Source: an uncultured Gammaproteobacteria bacterium
GTDB taxonomy: Bacteria > Patescibacteriota > Patescibacteriia > Magasanikbacterales > GWA2-37-8
Direction of reading: 5' to 3'
NCBI GenBank assembly: GCA_964604585.1
Contig: CAZRZQ010000003.1
Span: 1,847-32,797 of the forward strand
Length of the DNA: 30,951 nucleotides
Shown: positions 14,903-24,460 of the stretch, piece after piece
How the letters are laid out: the number at the start of each line of letters is the position of its first letter
Numbering within the stretch: the stretch's first letter is position 1
Program-made: the position numbers and the translations under genes
Notes under the pieces: generated by a model
Database searches by the model: none
Seen by the model: the letters and a program-made list of their open reading frames with translations, nothing else
What the model was told of the DNA's origin: nothing

Positions 14903-15931
14903 ATGGCCACTAAAATTAAAAATATTTCGCGCCGAGAGACAACCGGTAAAAATAAAATATATGTCTTTGATTTTGATCCAGTTAATTTGTTGGAAAAAGA
15001 AGTAAAATCAATTGACGAATGTGTTGAGTTAAAAAATACCCCCTCTATTACTTGGATTAACATTGACCGAGTACCGCCAGTGGACTTTTTGGATAAGCTA
15101 ACTTTGGGGTTTGATCTCCATCCCGTTGTAATTGATGACATTTTTAATGTTAACCAAAGACCAAAGATTGAAATTCTCGATGACTATATTTATTTGACCT
15201 TTAAAATGCTTTCGGCTGAAGTGGGTAAGAAGAATATTGTTGCGGAGCAGGTCAGTATGATTATTGGTGAGAAGTTTGTAATTACTTTTCAACAAGGTAT
15301 TGAGGGTGACACTTTTAGAGCGGTGCGGGAACGGATTAGGAATCCGAAAAGCCGGATTCGTACCCAGGGTACGGATTACCTCGGGTATGCTTTGTTGGAT
15401 TCGGTGGTCGATGGCTATTTTGGAATTTTGGAAAACTTCAGTGACCGATTAGAGAAGTTGGAGGAGCAGTTAATCAACGACCCCGGTTCGCACACCTTGA
15501 AAGAAATTCATACTTTGAAACGCGAGATTTTACATTTGCGTAAGGCAGTGTGGCCGTTGCGGGAAGCGATTACCATCATGGAGCGCGGTGAATCAAGGTT
15601 GATTAAAAAAACAACCCGTATTTATCTACGAGATGTTTATGACCACATAATCCAAATTATAGATACGGTTGAAACTTACCGGGAAATGCTTTCGGGGATG
15701 GTGGACATTTATCTTTCCAGTATTAATAACCGGATGAACTCAGTCATGAAGGTTTTGACTGTTATCACAACAATTTTCATGCCGCTAACTTTTATCGCCG
15801 GTATTTATGGCATGAATTTTAAACACATGCCGGAACTAGAACACGTTTGGGGCTATCCGTTTGTTTTGGGTGTAATGGCAACCGTTGCTTTAATAATGTT
15901 ACTGTATTTTCAGCGGAAGAAGTGGTTGTAA
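14903..15931 (+). CDS. corA: Magnesium/cobalt transporter CorA
   Basis: QRPKIE, YLRDVYDH, MKVLTVITTIFMPLTFIAGIYGMNF. Confidence 0.97.
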   Translation: MATKIKNISRRETTGKNKIYVFDFDPVNLLEKEVKSIDECVELKNTPSITWINIDRVPPVDFLDKLTLGFDLHPVVIDDIFNVNQRPKIEILDDYIYLTFKMLSAEVGKKNIVAEQVSMIIGEKFVITFQQGIEGDTFRAVRERIRNPKSRIRTQGTDYLGYALLDSVVDGYFGILENFSDRLEKLEEQLINDPGSHTLKEIHTLKREILHLRKAVWPLREAITIMERGESRLIKKTTRIYLRDVYDHIIQIIDTVETYREMLSGMVDIYLSSINNRMNSVMKVLTVITTIFMPLTFIAGIYGMNFKHMPELEHVWGYPFVLGVMATVALIMLLYFQRKKWL

Positions 15932-15934
15932 GTT

Positions 15935-16717
15935 TTACTTAAAGCAGTTCAATCTTTTTAAAATTAAGTCCTCGGCATTCTTGGCGTGGGTAAAAGTTTC
16001 GTTGTTATTACCGGTTTCATTTTTTTCTTCCCAAACTGCTTCCAAAAGCGGTTTTTTAGTGTCTGTGATTGTAATTCGACCGAGGCGTACACCGTGATCA
16101 TATTGTCCATCTTTTGACCACTGAAAAGAGTGAGCATAATTGATAGTGGTCGGGGTGTCCGCTTCTCTCTCTATTCTAGTAACGATTAAGACATGATTAT
16201 AGTCGTGTTTGGGTCCGGTTTTAAGCATTATGATCAGATCGCCGGCTCTGACATCTTCGTTTTTAATTTCATGGCTATTCTTTTCGTGGACGAGAGTACC
16301 AACACCGGTATTTTCAATCGGCCGGAGCCAAGCCAAAAGTTTTCTAAGCGGGCTTTTAATAAAGGGTCGCTTTAGATGTTTTTTTAAGGGTCCTAATTTT
16401 TTGCCCAAACTCTCCGCTTCTAAGAGATGATAGGCGAAACCAGAACAATCAGTACCTAAGTGGTGATTAGCTAAAAATTTTTTTAAATCACCAGAATCGA
16501 GTGTGCCTAGATCAATTTTTTCTCGAAGGGCGATTAGTTGTGCTTCTTCGGAAATTTCTTCGGCACCACCTTTTCCAACCAAAACTCGAAGAGCACCGCG
16601 TAGTCGCATGTGGCGGTTATTGAAATACGGGCAATTAACGGTGGCGTTAAAATTTGGTAGGTGTAAATAGTCAGCTAATACTTTTTTTGCCTCAGCGGTT
16701 AAATCACTCTGGATCAT
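15935..16717 (-). CDS. NlpC/P60-like (papain-fold) cysteine peptidase/amidase, no signal peptide
   Basis: GTDCSGFAYHLL (candidate catalytic Cys), then RAGDLIIM...NHVLIV (candidate His); 4-nt overlap with the upstream ATP-grasp gene. Confidence 0.65.
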   Translation of the reverse strand: MIQSDLTAEAKKVLADYLHLPNFNATVNCPYFNNRHMRLRGALRVLVGKGGAEEISEEAQLIALREKIDLGTLDSGDLKKFLANHHLGTDCSGFAYHLLEAESLGKKLGPLKKHLKRPFIKSPLRKLLAWLRPIENTGVGTLVHEKNSHEIKNEDVRAGDLIIMLKTGPKHDYNHVLIVTRIEREADTPTTINYAHSFQWSKDGQYDHGVRLGRITITDTKKPLLEAVWEEKNETGNNNETFTHAKNAEDLILKRLNCFK

Positions 16718-17967
16718 AATGCGTCAGTTAAAACAGTTTTAATTTTTTTACCGAGGGAATTTAGCTTTTCGTGGTTTTCTAAAACACCCGTTCGGCTTTG
16801 TAGGCGTAGCCAGTCGCTCTCTGTCTTTGTGTTGGAATAGACAAAGTACTTTAGTTTAAGTTTGTTTATTTTTATTTCGAGTTTTTTTAGATTTGGCATT
16901 TTTTTGACTACCTTTTGAATAATTTGTGCCCCGGTATTTATCTTAATTAGATTCGCTCCCTTTATGTTTTTATCTAGAAAAGATAGAAGGTGCGCCTCAA
17001 GCGTGGTTAGCCCACCCTTTTTTGTTTTTTTTCTAGTTTCATTTTGTAAAATACTTTCGTAAGTAGTGCTGGCGGGCTGTCGGGCGTTAATTTCGATTAA
17101 ATATAGTTTGTTATCTTCCGGGTTTAAAATGATATCAATACCAAAAAGACCGCGCCAACCGTTTTTTTGGAAGTGCCGGCCGATGTCTTTTGCTATTCTT
17201 TGGTAATTACGAATTTGTTTTTTAGTTAAGATTTTCGTTGGTAGCGCCCAGTCGTTTCCAATTGTTGCAAAAGAATTATTGGTAAAGGGGGATAAGCCCG
17301 TAATCTGGTAGTTAATATTCCCGACTAAAATTTTATTTTTCCACACTACATTGTTATTGGTAAACATCGGACCGGCAATGTATTTGGTTAAACGCGCTAA
17401 GCGTTTTGGAAATTTCTTTTTTAGTTCAGAAAGCTCAGATTCGGACTGGATAAGATAGGTGCCACTTCCGGTATGAGCGCGGTTGAATTGTAGAATAAAG
17501 GGCAAGGCGTTTTTTCCTTGGAAGGCGAATTTTGGCCAGGTGATTTTTTCTAAAGTTTTAATTTCGTGCGGGGGGAGGAACTTGTTTAAAGGGCCAAGCC
17601 ACTCAACTTGAGAAATTTTTTCTTCGACGAAGTTGGCGAAACTGGACTTGGGATTTAATAGCTCCCAGCTATTATTTTGGCAAATCTTTTCAATCACTGG
17701 GGTGTTTTTGAAAACTAGGATTCGGGGATCGTTCAATTTGTTTAAAAATGCCTTGGTTTGGTGGTGGCTAAGTAGCTCGTGGGTGTCTAAAAGCTTTTTT
17801 TCTTTAATAAGGAGGACATTGTCGAGCCCAGTACATTTTGACTTCACAAAGGGGGTAAAATTTGAGATAATATAATAACCCTTGGTATTTAGGGGTAAAC
17901 CAAGTGCCCGCTCGAGATCTCGGGTGACGTAAACTAGAGGGGTTTTACGTAAAAAGGATTCTAACAT
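16714..17967 (-). CDS. ATP-grasp ligase (417 aa; substrate unknown)
   Basis: ILQFNRAHTGSGT, TKYIAG, GLFGIDII, YLIEINAR. Confidence 0.85.
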   Translation of the reverse strand: MLESFLRKTPLVYVTRDLERALGLPLNTKGYYIISNFTPFVKSKCTGLDNVLLIKEKKLLDTHELLSHHQTKAFLNKLNDPRILVFKNTPVIEKICQNNSWELLNPKSSFANFVEEKISQVEWLGPLNKFLPPHEIKTLEKITWPKFAFQGKNALPFILQFNRAHTGSGTYLIQSESELSELKKKFPKRLARLTKYIAGPMFTNNNVVWKNKILVGNINYQITGLSPFTNNSFATIGNDWALPTKILTKKQIRNYQRIAKDIGRHFQKNGWRGLFGIDIILNPEDNKLYLIEINARQPASTTYESILQNETRKKTKKGGLTTLEAHLLSFLDKNIKGANLIKINTGAQIIQKVVKKMPNLKKLEIKINKLKLKYFVYSNTKTESDWLRLQSRTGVLENHEKLNSLGKKIKTVLTDAL

Positions 17968-17975
17968 ACAGGATA

Positions 17976-18004
17976 AGTATATTATTAAATCGCTAAAAAT
18001 GCAA
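17976..18004 (-). promoter_or_regulatory. Promoter of the ATP-grasp/peptidase operon (near-leaderless)
   Basis: Minus strand: TTGCAT (18004-17999), 17 bp, TATACT (17981-17976), 8 bp from the start codon. Confidence 0.55.
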
Positions 18005-18008
18005 TATT

Positions 18009-18536
18009 ATGGGTGAGGTAAGAAAAGTAAATTTCGGTGGAAACACAGAATCAGCCCAGGCCTTAGAAGTCCGGCGCGAGGAAGAAAAAAATGATGCTCT
18101 TCGGTTGGTCCGTCCGATTTTAGATTTGTTGCGTAAAAAGTTTATAATTGAGCTTCAAACCACAGGTGACAGTCCCTCACCGGCTGCTTATGCAAGTCTG
18201 CCACCGTGTTTACAGGAAGCCTGCCGATCAGGAAGGATTTTTCAGGACGTTGATCGTTGGGAGCTGCAGTTTAGATATATCGGAGAGCTGCTGGGGAAGA
18301 AATTTGCAAGATGGGAACTAGATATCGTATATAACCCCGAGGTAACAACTGAGATACCCAAACCTATTAAAGAGATTATCGCCCATAATTTTGAACCAAA
18401 GTTTGTAGCTGTTCAGATCAAAGCCGCAGACGAAGGCAATATTTTTTTGAAAAGAATAAAGGATTACGTTGAATCAGGAAAAATTTTTGAAGTGAGATTG
18501 GGATCGTTAGGGATTACGGCCGAAGATTTGTTGTAA
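18009..18536 (+). CDS. Hypothetical protein (175 aa)
   Basis: Open ORF filling the gap, 3 bp before murB; no motif recognised. Confidence 0.7.
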   Translation: MGEVRKVNFGGNTESAQALEVRREEEKNDALRLVRPILDLLRKKFIIELQTTGDSPSPAAYASLPPCLQEACRSGRIFQDVDRWELQFRYIGELLGKKFARWELDIVYNPEVTTEIPKPIKEIIAHNFEPKFVAVQIKAADEGNIFLKRIKDYVESGKIFEVRLGSLGITAEDLL

Positions 18537-18539
18537 TTT

Positions 18540-19478
18540 ATGCAAGAAATATATAAAACACTAAAAACTTTCGGTAAAGTCAAAGTTAATGTCCCTTTGG
18601 CTCGTTTTACGACTTTTAAAATTGGCGGACCGGCTAAGTTTTACGTCGAGGTGGCCGGTAAGGATGAGACGGCAGGATTGTTAAATTTCTTGTCTAGCGA
18701 AGGGATGACTTTTTATATTTTAGGCAACGGGTCAAATGTGGTTTTCTCGGATGAAGGTTATGATGGTGTTGTGGTGCGCTTCAAAAATGAAGAAATAAAC
18801 TTGATGGGGAATACGATTATTGCGGGAGCCGGAGCGGCTCTCGCCAAAGTTGTAAACCTGGCCTCGCAAAATAGCCTAAGCGGGCTTGAATGGGCGGCTG
18901 GAGTACCGGGTACGGTTGGTGGCGCGGTGCGTGGTAACGCGGGGGCGATGGGAAAAGAAACTTCAAATTGTGTTTCGGAAGTAGAAGTTTGGCAAGATGG
19001 GGAGGTAAAAAATTGGACAGCGAAAGAGTGTGGATTCGGTTACCGGGATAGTGATTTTAAGAATAACCAAGCCGTAATTTTGGAGGTTAAGTACGTTTTG
19101 AATCCTGGGGATAAGGCAACAATTTTGGCAGAAATGCAAAAATATTTAAAACAACGTTCAGGGCGCTATCCCGCTTATCCCTCAGCGGGGAGTTTTTTCA
19201 AGAATGTTAAGGTGGCGGATTGGCCAGGAGATAAAAGTGAGCTGCCACCATTATATATTGAGCGCAAGATGATCCCGGTCGGTTGGCTGATCGAGGGTGT
19301 TGATTTAAAAGGATACGCGATTGGTGGCGCCAAGTTTTCTGAGGAGCATGGGAATTTTATTGTGAATTTTAATAACGCTACTCAAGCGGACATTGTGGCT
19401 TTAGTTGAAGAGGCTAAGTCTAGAGTGTATAATAAATATAAGGTGGGGATTGAACCGGAAGTGGAGATTGTTCAATAA
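18540..19478 (+). CDS. murB: UDP-N-acetylenolpyruvoylglucosamine reductase
   Basis: TTFKIGGPA, LGNGSN, GVPGTVGGAVRGNAGA, SAGSFFKN, HGNFIVN. Confidence 0.96.
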   Translation: MQEIYKTLKTFGKVKVNVPLARFTTFKIGGPAKFYVEVAGKDETAGLLNFLSSEGMTFYILGNGSNVVFSDEGYDGVVVRFKNEEINLMGNTIIAGAGAALAKVVNLASQNSLSGLEWAAGVPGTVGGAVRGNAGAMGKETSNCVSEVEVWQDGEVKNWTAKECGFGYRDSDFKNNQAVILEVKYVLNPGDKATILAEMQKYLKQRSGRYPAYPSAGSFFKNVKVADWPGDKSELPPLYIERKMIPVGWLIEGVDLKGYAIGGAKFSEEHGNFIVNFNNATQADIVALVEEAKSRVYNKYKVGIEPEVEIVQ

Positions 19479-19518
19479 AGATTACTAATAAAAACTTAAT
19501 TCATTAATCTTTTATACT

Positions 19519-19881
19519 ATGCAGGTTCTTATTTCCGGCAAGGGAGTCGAGGTAACTGACGCGATTAAGGAGTATATAACAAAAAAGATTTCTAGCCTAG
19601 ATAAGTTTTATGACAAGATTATCCGCGCTGACGTGGTGGTCTGTCTGGAAACAAATAACCACCACCAGAAAGGGAAAATCTTTGTCGCTGATTGTAAGCT
19701 TGAGGTTCCTGGCAAAGATTTGTTTGCCTCAAAGAACGAGATATCTCTTTATAAGGCAATTGATAAAGTCCGAGATTATTTAGAAAATGAACTTAAAAAA
19801 CATAAAGTAATGACGCGCGAAAAAGAAAAAAAGGATCGTCGGGAAGTTCGGAGTAGTAAGGAGTACCAGGTTGAGATTTAA
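19519..19881 (+). CDS. hpf: Ribosome hibernation factor (HPF/RaiA, sigma54 modulation family)
   Basis: ISGKGVEVTDAIKEYITKK...LYKAIDKVRDYLENELKKHK. Confidence 0.92.
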   Translation: MQVLISGKGVEVTDAIKEYITKKISSLDKFYDKIIRADVVVCLETNNHHQKGKIFVADCKLEVPGKDLFASKNEISLYKAIDKVRDYLENELKKHKVMTREKEKKDRREVRSSKEYQVEI

Positions 19882-19906
19882 TAAAGGATAATCTTTGTAT
19901 CGAAGC

Positions 19907-22183
19907 ATGAAAATATTTAAGAGTGTTTGGTCCAAGTTGGTTGAGTTATTTTACGTTTCTTCCGCATCTTTCCTCATTGTTGCTGGCTGGAATTGGTATC
20001 ATCTACTGCATAAACCGCTCACGCGGTTTATTGTTGTTTCGTTCGTCATGTGGTTCTTGGTTTTTTTGGCGTATTATGTGGTTAAATACTTGGGGCAAAA
20101 GGTTTTACAGCGATTGCGGCCGGAAACCTTTTGGAGTAGAGAATTTCTACAATCTTTTCACCGTTTGTTTCTGACTTTTTCCTTAGCGTTTTTAGTTTTT
20201 TTTATTCGGAATGAATTTTGGAGCTTAGTTTATTTTTTAGCAGTTATTTTCCTTTTTTATCGTGAACTGCAAGATATTTTTAAAGGACACCATAATTCCA
20301 GCAGTTGGAATAAAATAAACCGTTATGTTTTTGCGTTATTTTCTCTTTTTTTTGTACTAAATAGCGCAATTCAATATTTTGCTTTTAAATATTATATACT
20401 CGATGCTTCGGCTAAACTATATGGCGTGGTATTATTTCGATCTTGGACCATAACGATGTTTTGGTTAGCTGGCGTAGCACTCACAAGTGTCATTTATCTA
20501 ACGATTAAAAATAGGTTGCGTTATCTGTTTATTGTTTTGTGGGTATTATTTTTTGCTTTTAGTTTGTTTTTATCCGCTGTGAATAGCGGCATATTATACT
20601 ATTCGGGCTTATATTTCGGGCCGGTAGTTTTGGCGCATGCGGAGGGGGGAAGCGGTGTTTATATAAATTTGTTGACTTTTACACTAATTGGCCTTTACGT
20701 GGTCTCCTTGGTTTCGGTCTTATATTTATTAGTTCGTTATTTTAAAACTCACCCGAAAGTTGAGAAGAAGTATTGGCTGTATTATGATTTTGTCATAATA
20801 ATTTTTGCTCTTGGCTCAATTTTTGGTTTAGCCTCTTTTAAAACTACACCGGAATATGCGATTACTCGTTCGTTTTATGAGGATTGGTTGGGTATTAGAG
20901 AGCCAGTAAATATTTCGCCCGTGGTACTTAAAAAAATGGAACGCTTTGGTTTACAGTATGATTTAAATGAGTTTAATATTACCACTCAAGACAAAGTTTT
21001 TAATGGAGAAAAAAAATTATTGCCTGAGAGGTTTGAAAAAGATCGGCCGAATATACTTATTGTATTTTTGGAATCTTTTTCTTCTCGACTGACTAGTGTA
21101 TATAATGGAGAAGAAATTGGTTTAACTCCAGGTCTAGAAAAAATGGCGGCTGATTCCCATACAACCATTTTTAAAAATTATTACAACGCTTCGACACCGA
21201 CTGTCACCGGCCTCTTGTCTCAACTTTGTTCGTTTTTACCACCAACTGGCCACGAAGAAATTGCTCACCAGGGTAAGGTAAAGACTGTCCGGCTGTCTTG
21301 TCTGCCCGAGATATTACGCGAACAGGGTGGGTATAACTATGCGTCATATATTACGGCGGTTGAAAAAGACTTCGCTAATAAAGATACGCTTATGGCGAGC
21401 ATGGGGGTGGACGAGGTCTATGGTACCGAAGAATTGAGTGAATATATTGACGGCCAGCCTTTGTCTTGGGGTTATTCTGACCACCAGCTTTTTCCTGTTA
21501 CTGGAAAGTTTATGCAAGAAAAAGCAAAAGAACCATTTTTAATGATGCTTTCGACTGTAGATACCCACCCACCGTTTACCAAAGCAAAAGACATGGTGTA
21601 CTTTAGCGACGGGAAGAGCGTGGTGCGTAATTCGGTACACACGACTGATGATGCTTTCCGAATATTTTGGGAAGATTTTGTTAAAAGCAAATTTTATGAC
21701 AACACGATTGTCATCGCTCTCGCTGACCACGCCATTTTTCCCACGGCCTACGGGGCTGATCATTTTCCGAAAGTGGCGGGGAAAATGACTTTTTATGATG
21801 AAAACACATTTTTAATGTATGTACCGGATAGTGTTTTACCAAAAACAGTTGAACAGTATTCTTCTGGTTTAGATTTCGCGCCAACTATTTTACAAATGTT
21901 AAACATAAATACGCGTAATACTTTTGAAGGCCATTCTATTTTTGACAACCGTAAAGATTACCCGAATCTTTTGGGTATGCATGAATTTGGTTTGTATATA
22001 AACGAGGACGTTGCTGGTAAAAGAAAGTTGGATTATTACATCCCGCGCGAATTAAAATGCCCCAGTGATCTAGAGGTAAGTCTGGAGGCGCCCCTAACAC
22101 TTTGTGAATTTAAGTCTTTCTACAACTGGAAGCGCCAAATGTTTGAGGAAGGGCGGTTGTGGCTTAAAAGTAGTCTGCGTTGA
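19907..22183 (+). CDS. LTA synthase / alkaline-phosphatase-superfamily membrane protein
   Basis: Multi-TM N-terminus; PNILIVFLESFS, STPT, STVDTHPPF, ALADH. ATG 19907 chosen; the track starts at TTG 19895. Confidence 0.85.
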   Translation: MKIFKSVWSKLVELFYVSSASFLIVAGWNWYHLLHKPLTRFIVVSFVMWFLVFLAYYVVKYLGQKVLQRLRPETFWSREFLQSFHRLFLTFSLAFLVFFIRNEFWSLVYFLAVIFLFYRELQDIFKGHHNSSSWNKINRYVFALFSLFFVLNSAIQYFAFKYYILDASAKLYGVVLFRSWTITMFWLAGVALTSVIYLTIKNRLRYLFIVLWVLFFAFSLFLSAVNSGILYYSGLYFGPVVLAHAEGGSGVYINLLTFTLIGLYVVSLVSVLYLLVRYFKTHPKVEKKYWLYYDFVIIIFALGSIFGLASFKTTPEYAITRSFYEDWLGIREPVNISPVVLKKMERFGLQYDLNEFNITTQDKVFNGEKKLLPERFEKDRPNILIVFLESFSSRLTSVYNGEEIGLTPGLEKMAADSHTTIFKNYYNASTPTVTGLLSQLCSFLPPTGHEEIAHQGKVKTVRLSCLPEILREQGGYNYASYITAVEKDFANKDTLMASMGVDEVYGTEELSEYIDGQPLSWGYSDHQLFPVTGKFMQEKAKEPFLMMLSTVDTHPPFTKAKDMVYFSDGKSVVRNSVHTTDDAFRIFWEDFVKSKFYDNTIVIALADHAIFPTAYGADHFPKVAGKMTFYDENTFLMYVPDSVLPKTVEQYSSGLDFAPTILQMLNINTRNTFEGHSIFDNRKDYPNLLGMHEFGLYINEDVAGKRKLDYYIPRELKCPSDLEVSLEAPLTLCEFKSFYNWKRQMFEEGRLWLKSSLR

Positions 22184-22230
22184 AGGAAAAGGCTTTTTAC
22201 GGTAATATATAGTTGAAACTAACTTTAAAT

Positions 22231-24447
22231 ATGGCCAAGATGTCAATTTTTAAATCACTTCATTTTTCAAAGAAAAAATCATCTATTAGCCAGCCGGTTC
22301 ATTTGGACTGGCAAAAAAAGAATTTTACTAATTCGGATTTAAATAAAGAAAAGCTTGAGAAAATTGCCCGTGTTTTGCGTGGGCTTATTTTCACGACAGT
22401 GGAAGCTGGGCAGTCCGGCCATCCGGGCGGTAGTAGCTCGAAAGTTGAACAGTTCTTGGCATTAAGTTTGTCTGGGGTTATGGCCTTTGATCCGATGGCA
22501 CCAAAACACCCTGGTCGGGATCGCTTGGTTTGGAGCGCTGGCCACTGCACGCCATTATTGCATTCAGCGAGCGCCTTGTATTATGAATGCCTGCGTCGAG
22601 GCGGTCGGCAATTTGCCGAGGCGGTAGTTCGGGATATTTTTTTAGAAGATTTATTGCGCTTTCGTCATCCGGATGGACCGGAGGGACATGCGGAAAATTA
22701 TTTACCTTATTCTGACGCCTCCACCGGCCCTTCGGGCCATGGTTTTTCGTATGCCGGGGGATTGGCAATTTTACATCGTTCTAATGGACTCCCAACTAAA
22801 ATCTGGGTAATGATGGGGGATATGGAAAGCGAAGAGGGTATGACCTATGAGGCGCGAAATGTTTTAGCTACTAATGGTTTAGATAATATTATTGTTTCTT
22901 TAGATTACAACCATGTTGGTCTCGATGGCCGGTTGGAAGAAGTTATTTCTTCGCCTTATTTAAACCATTGGCTGGGACTGGGCTGGAATGTGATTGAAGT
23001 CAATGGACATGATACCCTAGCCTTGGTCGAGGCCTACAAAAAAGCACGAGAAGGTTTTCAAAATAGTTTACCGACCGTGGTTATTGCTCATACCATTAAA
23101 GGGAAAGATTATGGTCGGGCAGAAGATACTCCGGAATCTCATGGGGCACCGGCTCCCCATGAAGAGTATGTTGAGATAATGAAAAAGCTCGGTTTTGCCA
23201 TTAAAGGTGAAAAGGGCAAAGTGATGCAAGATATATTTAGGGTTATGGAGGATGTTGCACTTGAAGAAGAGGAATATATTGCCCATCAATTAGAAATTGG
23301 TGCTACAAAAATTAAGCCAGAAAGTGAATTGAGTTTGCAAATTAAAAAATCTTTGGCTGGTCGGAAAATTGTCCAGCCTCATTTAATTCGTCGACCTAAA
23401 AAATTACCACCGGAATTAATTTTTAAACCTGGCGAAAAAGTATCCACGCGCCAGGCCTTACAGGCCTGGTTGAAATGGTTTATGGAAGAGTCGGCTTTTG
23501 TCTATGCTGGTTCGGGAGATTTGGCTCGTTCCACTCTTACCAACGCGGCCGAAGGGGTTTACGGAATTTTTTCTAAAGATAACCCGCTTGGTCGAGGAAT
23601 AAAATTTGGGATTGCGGAACAAAACATGGCCATGATGAGTATCGCGATTAGCCAAGATATTTTACCAGGCGGTTTTCAAGCAGTATCGGCCTTTGGGACG
23701 TTTGCGGTTTTTACTGCCATGTTAAGTCATGCCGTGCGCTTGGGTTTGTATAACAACCAGGTGACGAGTGAAAATCCAGGATTTTTTATTGTCATTGCTT
23801 CGCATGATGGCCCAGAAACCGGGGAAGATGGGCCAACCCACCAAGGATTGTATTGGATGTCTATTTTTCAAGCTTATCCCGGTATTAAAGTATATAAACC
23901 AACTGACGCGAACGAAACTATCGAGATGCTTTTTCACGCTTTGGAAAAAGGTGAGCCGATTGCGCTCGCCACTACGCGGGTCGCTGTGCCGGTAATTGCT
24001 CGTAGTGGGGTAGTCCCTGAAGCCGCAGCCGCTAATGCGGGGGCCTATGTTTGCAAAGATTATAACGGACAAGGGAAAAAGAAAATGGCGGCCGTAGTTA
24101 GTAGTGGGTTAGTTTTAAAAAATTTACAATTGGCTTTACCGGAATTAGAAAAGAAAGGTATTGATTTAAAAATTGTCGTCGCTACTTCGCCAGAATTATT
24201 TGAGGAGTTTAGGAAAACCAACCCTGCTCTGGCCGAAATAATATTCTCCAGTTTCGATCGTGAACACGCGGCAGTGTTACACAATGGTTGGAAAGGGTTC
24301 TTAATGAATTTCTTAACACCGAATGATGCGGTTCTCAGAAACATTGGTGTTGATACTTATTTAAAATCTGGTAACGCCGAAGAGGTGTATGCTTTGACTG
24401 ATTTAACACCAGAAAAAATTGCCGATCACTTGGTAAAATTATTTTGA
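22231..24447 (+). CDS. tkt: Transketolase (single chain)
   Basis: SGHPGG, RDRLVWSAGH, TGPSGHG, GIAEQNM, SHDG..TGEDGPTHQ. ATG 22231 chosen; the track starts at TTG 22213. Confidence 0.92.
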   Translation: MAKMSIFKSLHFSKKKSSISQPVHLDWQKKNFTNSDLNKEKLEKIARVLRGLIFTTVEAGQSGHPGGSSSKVEQFLALSLSGVMAFDPMAPKHPGRDRLVWSAGHCTPLLHSASALYYECLRRGGRQFAEAVVRDIFLEDLLRFRHPDGPEGHAENYLPYSDASTGPSGHGFSYAGGLAILHRSNGLPTKIWVMMGDMESEEGMTYEARNVLATNGLDNIIVSLDYNHVGLDGRLEEVISSPYLNHWLGLGWNVIEVNGHDTLALVEAYKKAREGFQNSLPTVVIAHTIKGKDYGRAEDTPESHGAPAPHEEYVEIMKKLGFAIKGEKGKVMQDIFRVMEDVALEEEEYIAHQLEIGATKIKPESELSLQIKKSLAGRKIVQPHLIRRPKKLPPELIFKPGEKVSTRQALQAWLKWFMEESAFVYAGSGDLARSTLTNAAEGVYGIFSKDNPLGRGIKFGIAEQNMAMMSIAISQDILPGGFQAVSAFGTFAVFTAMLSHAVRLGLYNNQVTSENPGFFIVIASHDGPETGEDGPTHQGLYWMSIFQAYPGIKVYKPTDANETIEMLFHALEKGEPIALATTRVAVPVIARSGVVPEAAAANAGAYVCKDYNGQGKKKMAAVVSSGLVLKNLQLALPELEKKGIDLKIVVATSPELFEEFRKTNPALAEIIFSSFDREHAAVLHNGWKGFLMNFLTPNDAVLRNIGVDTYLKSGNAEEVYALTDLTPEKIADHLVKLF

Positions 24448-24460
24448 TTTTAAGTATTAT

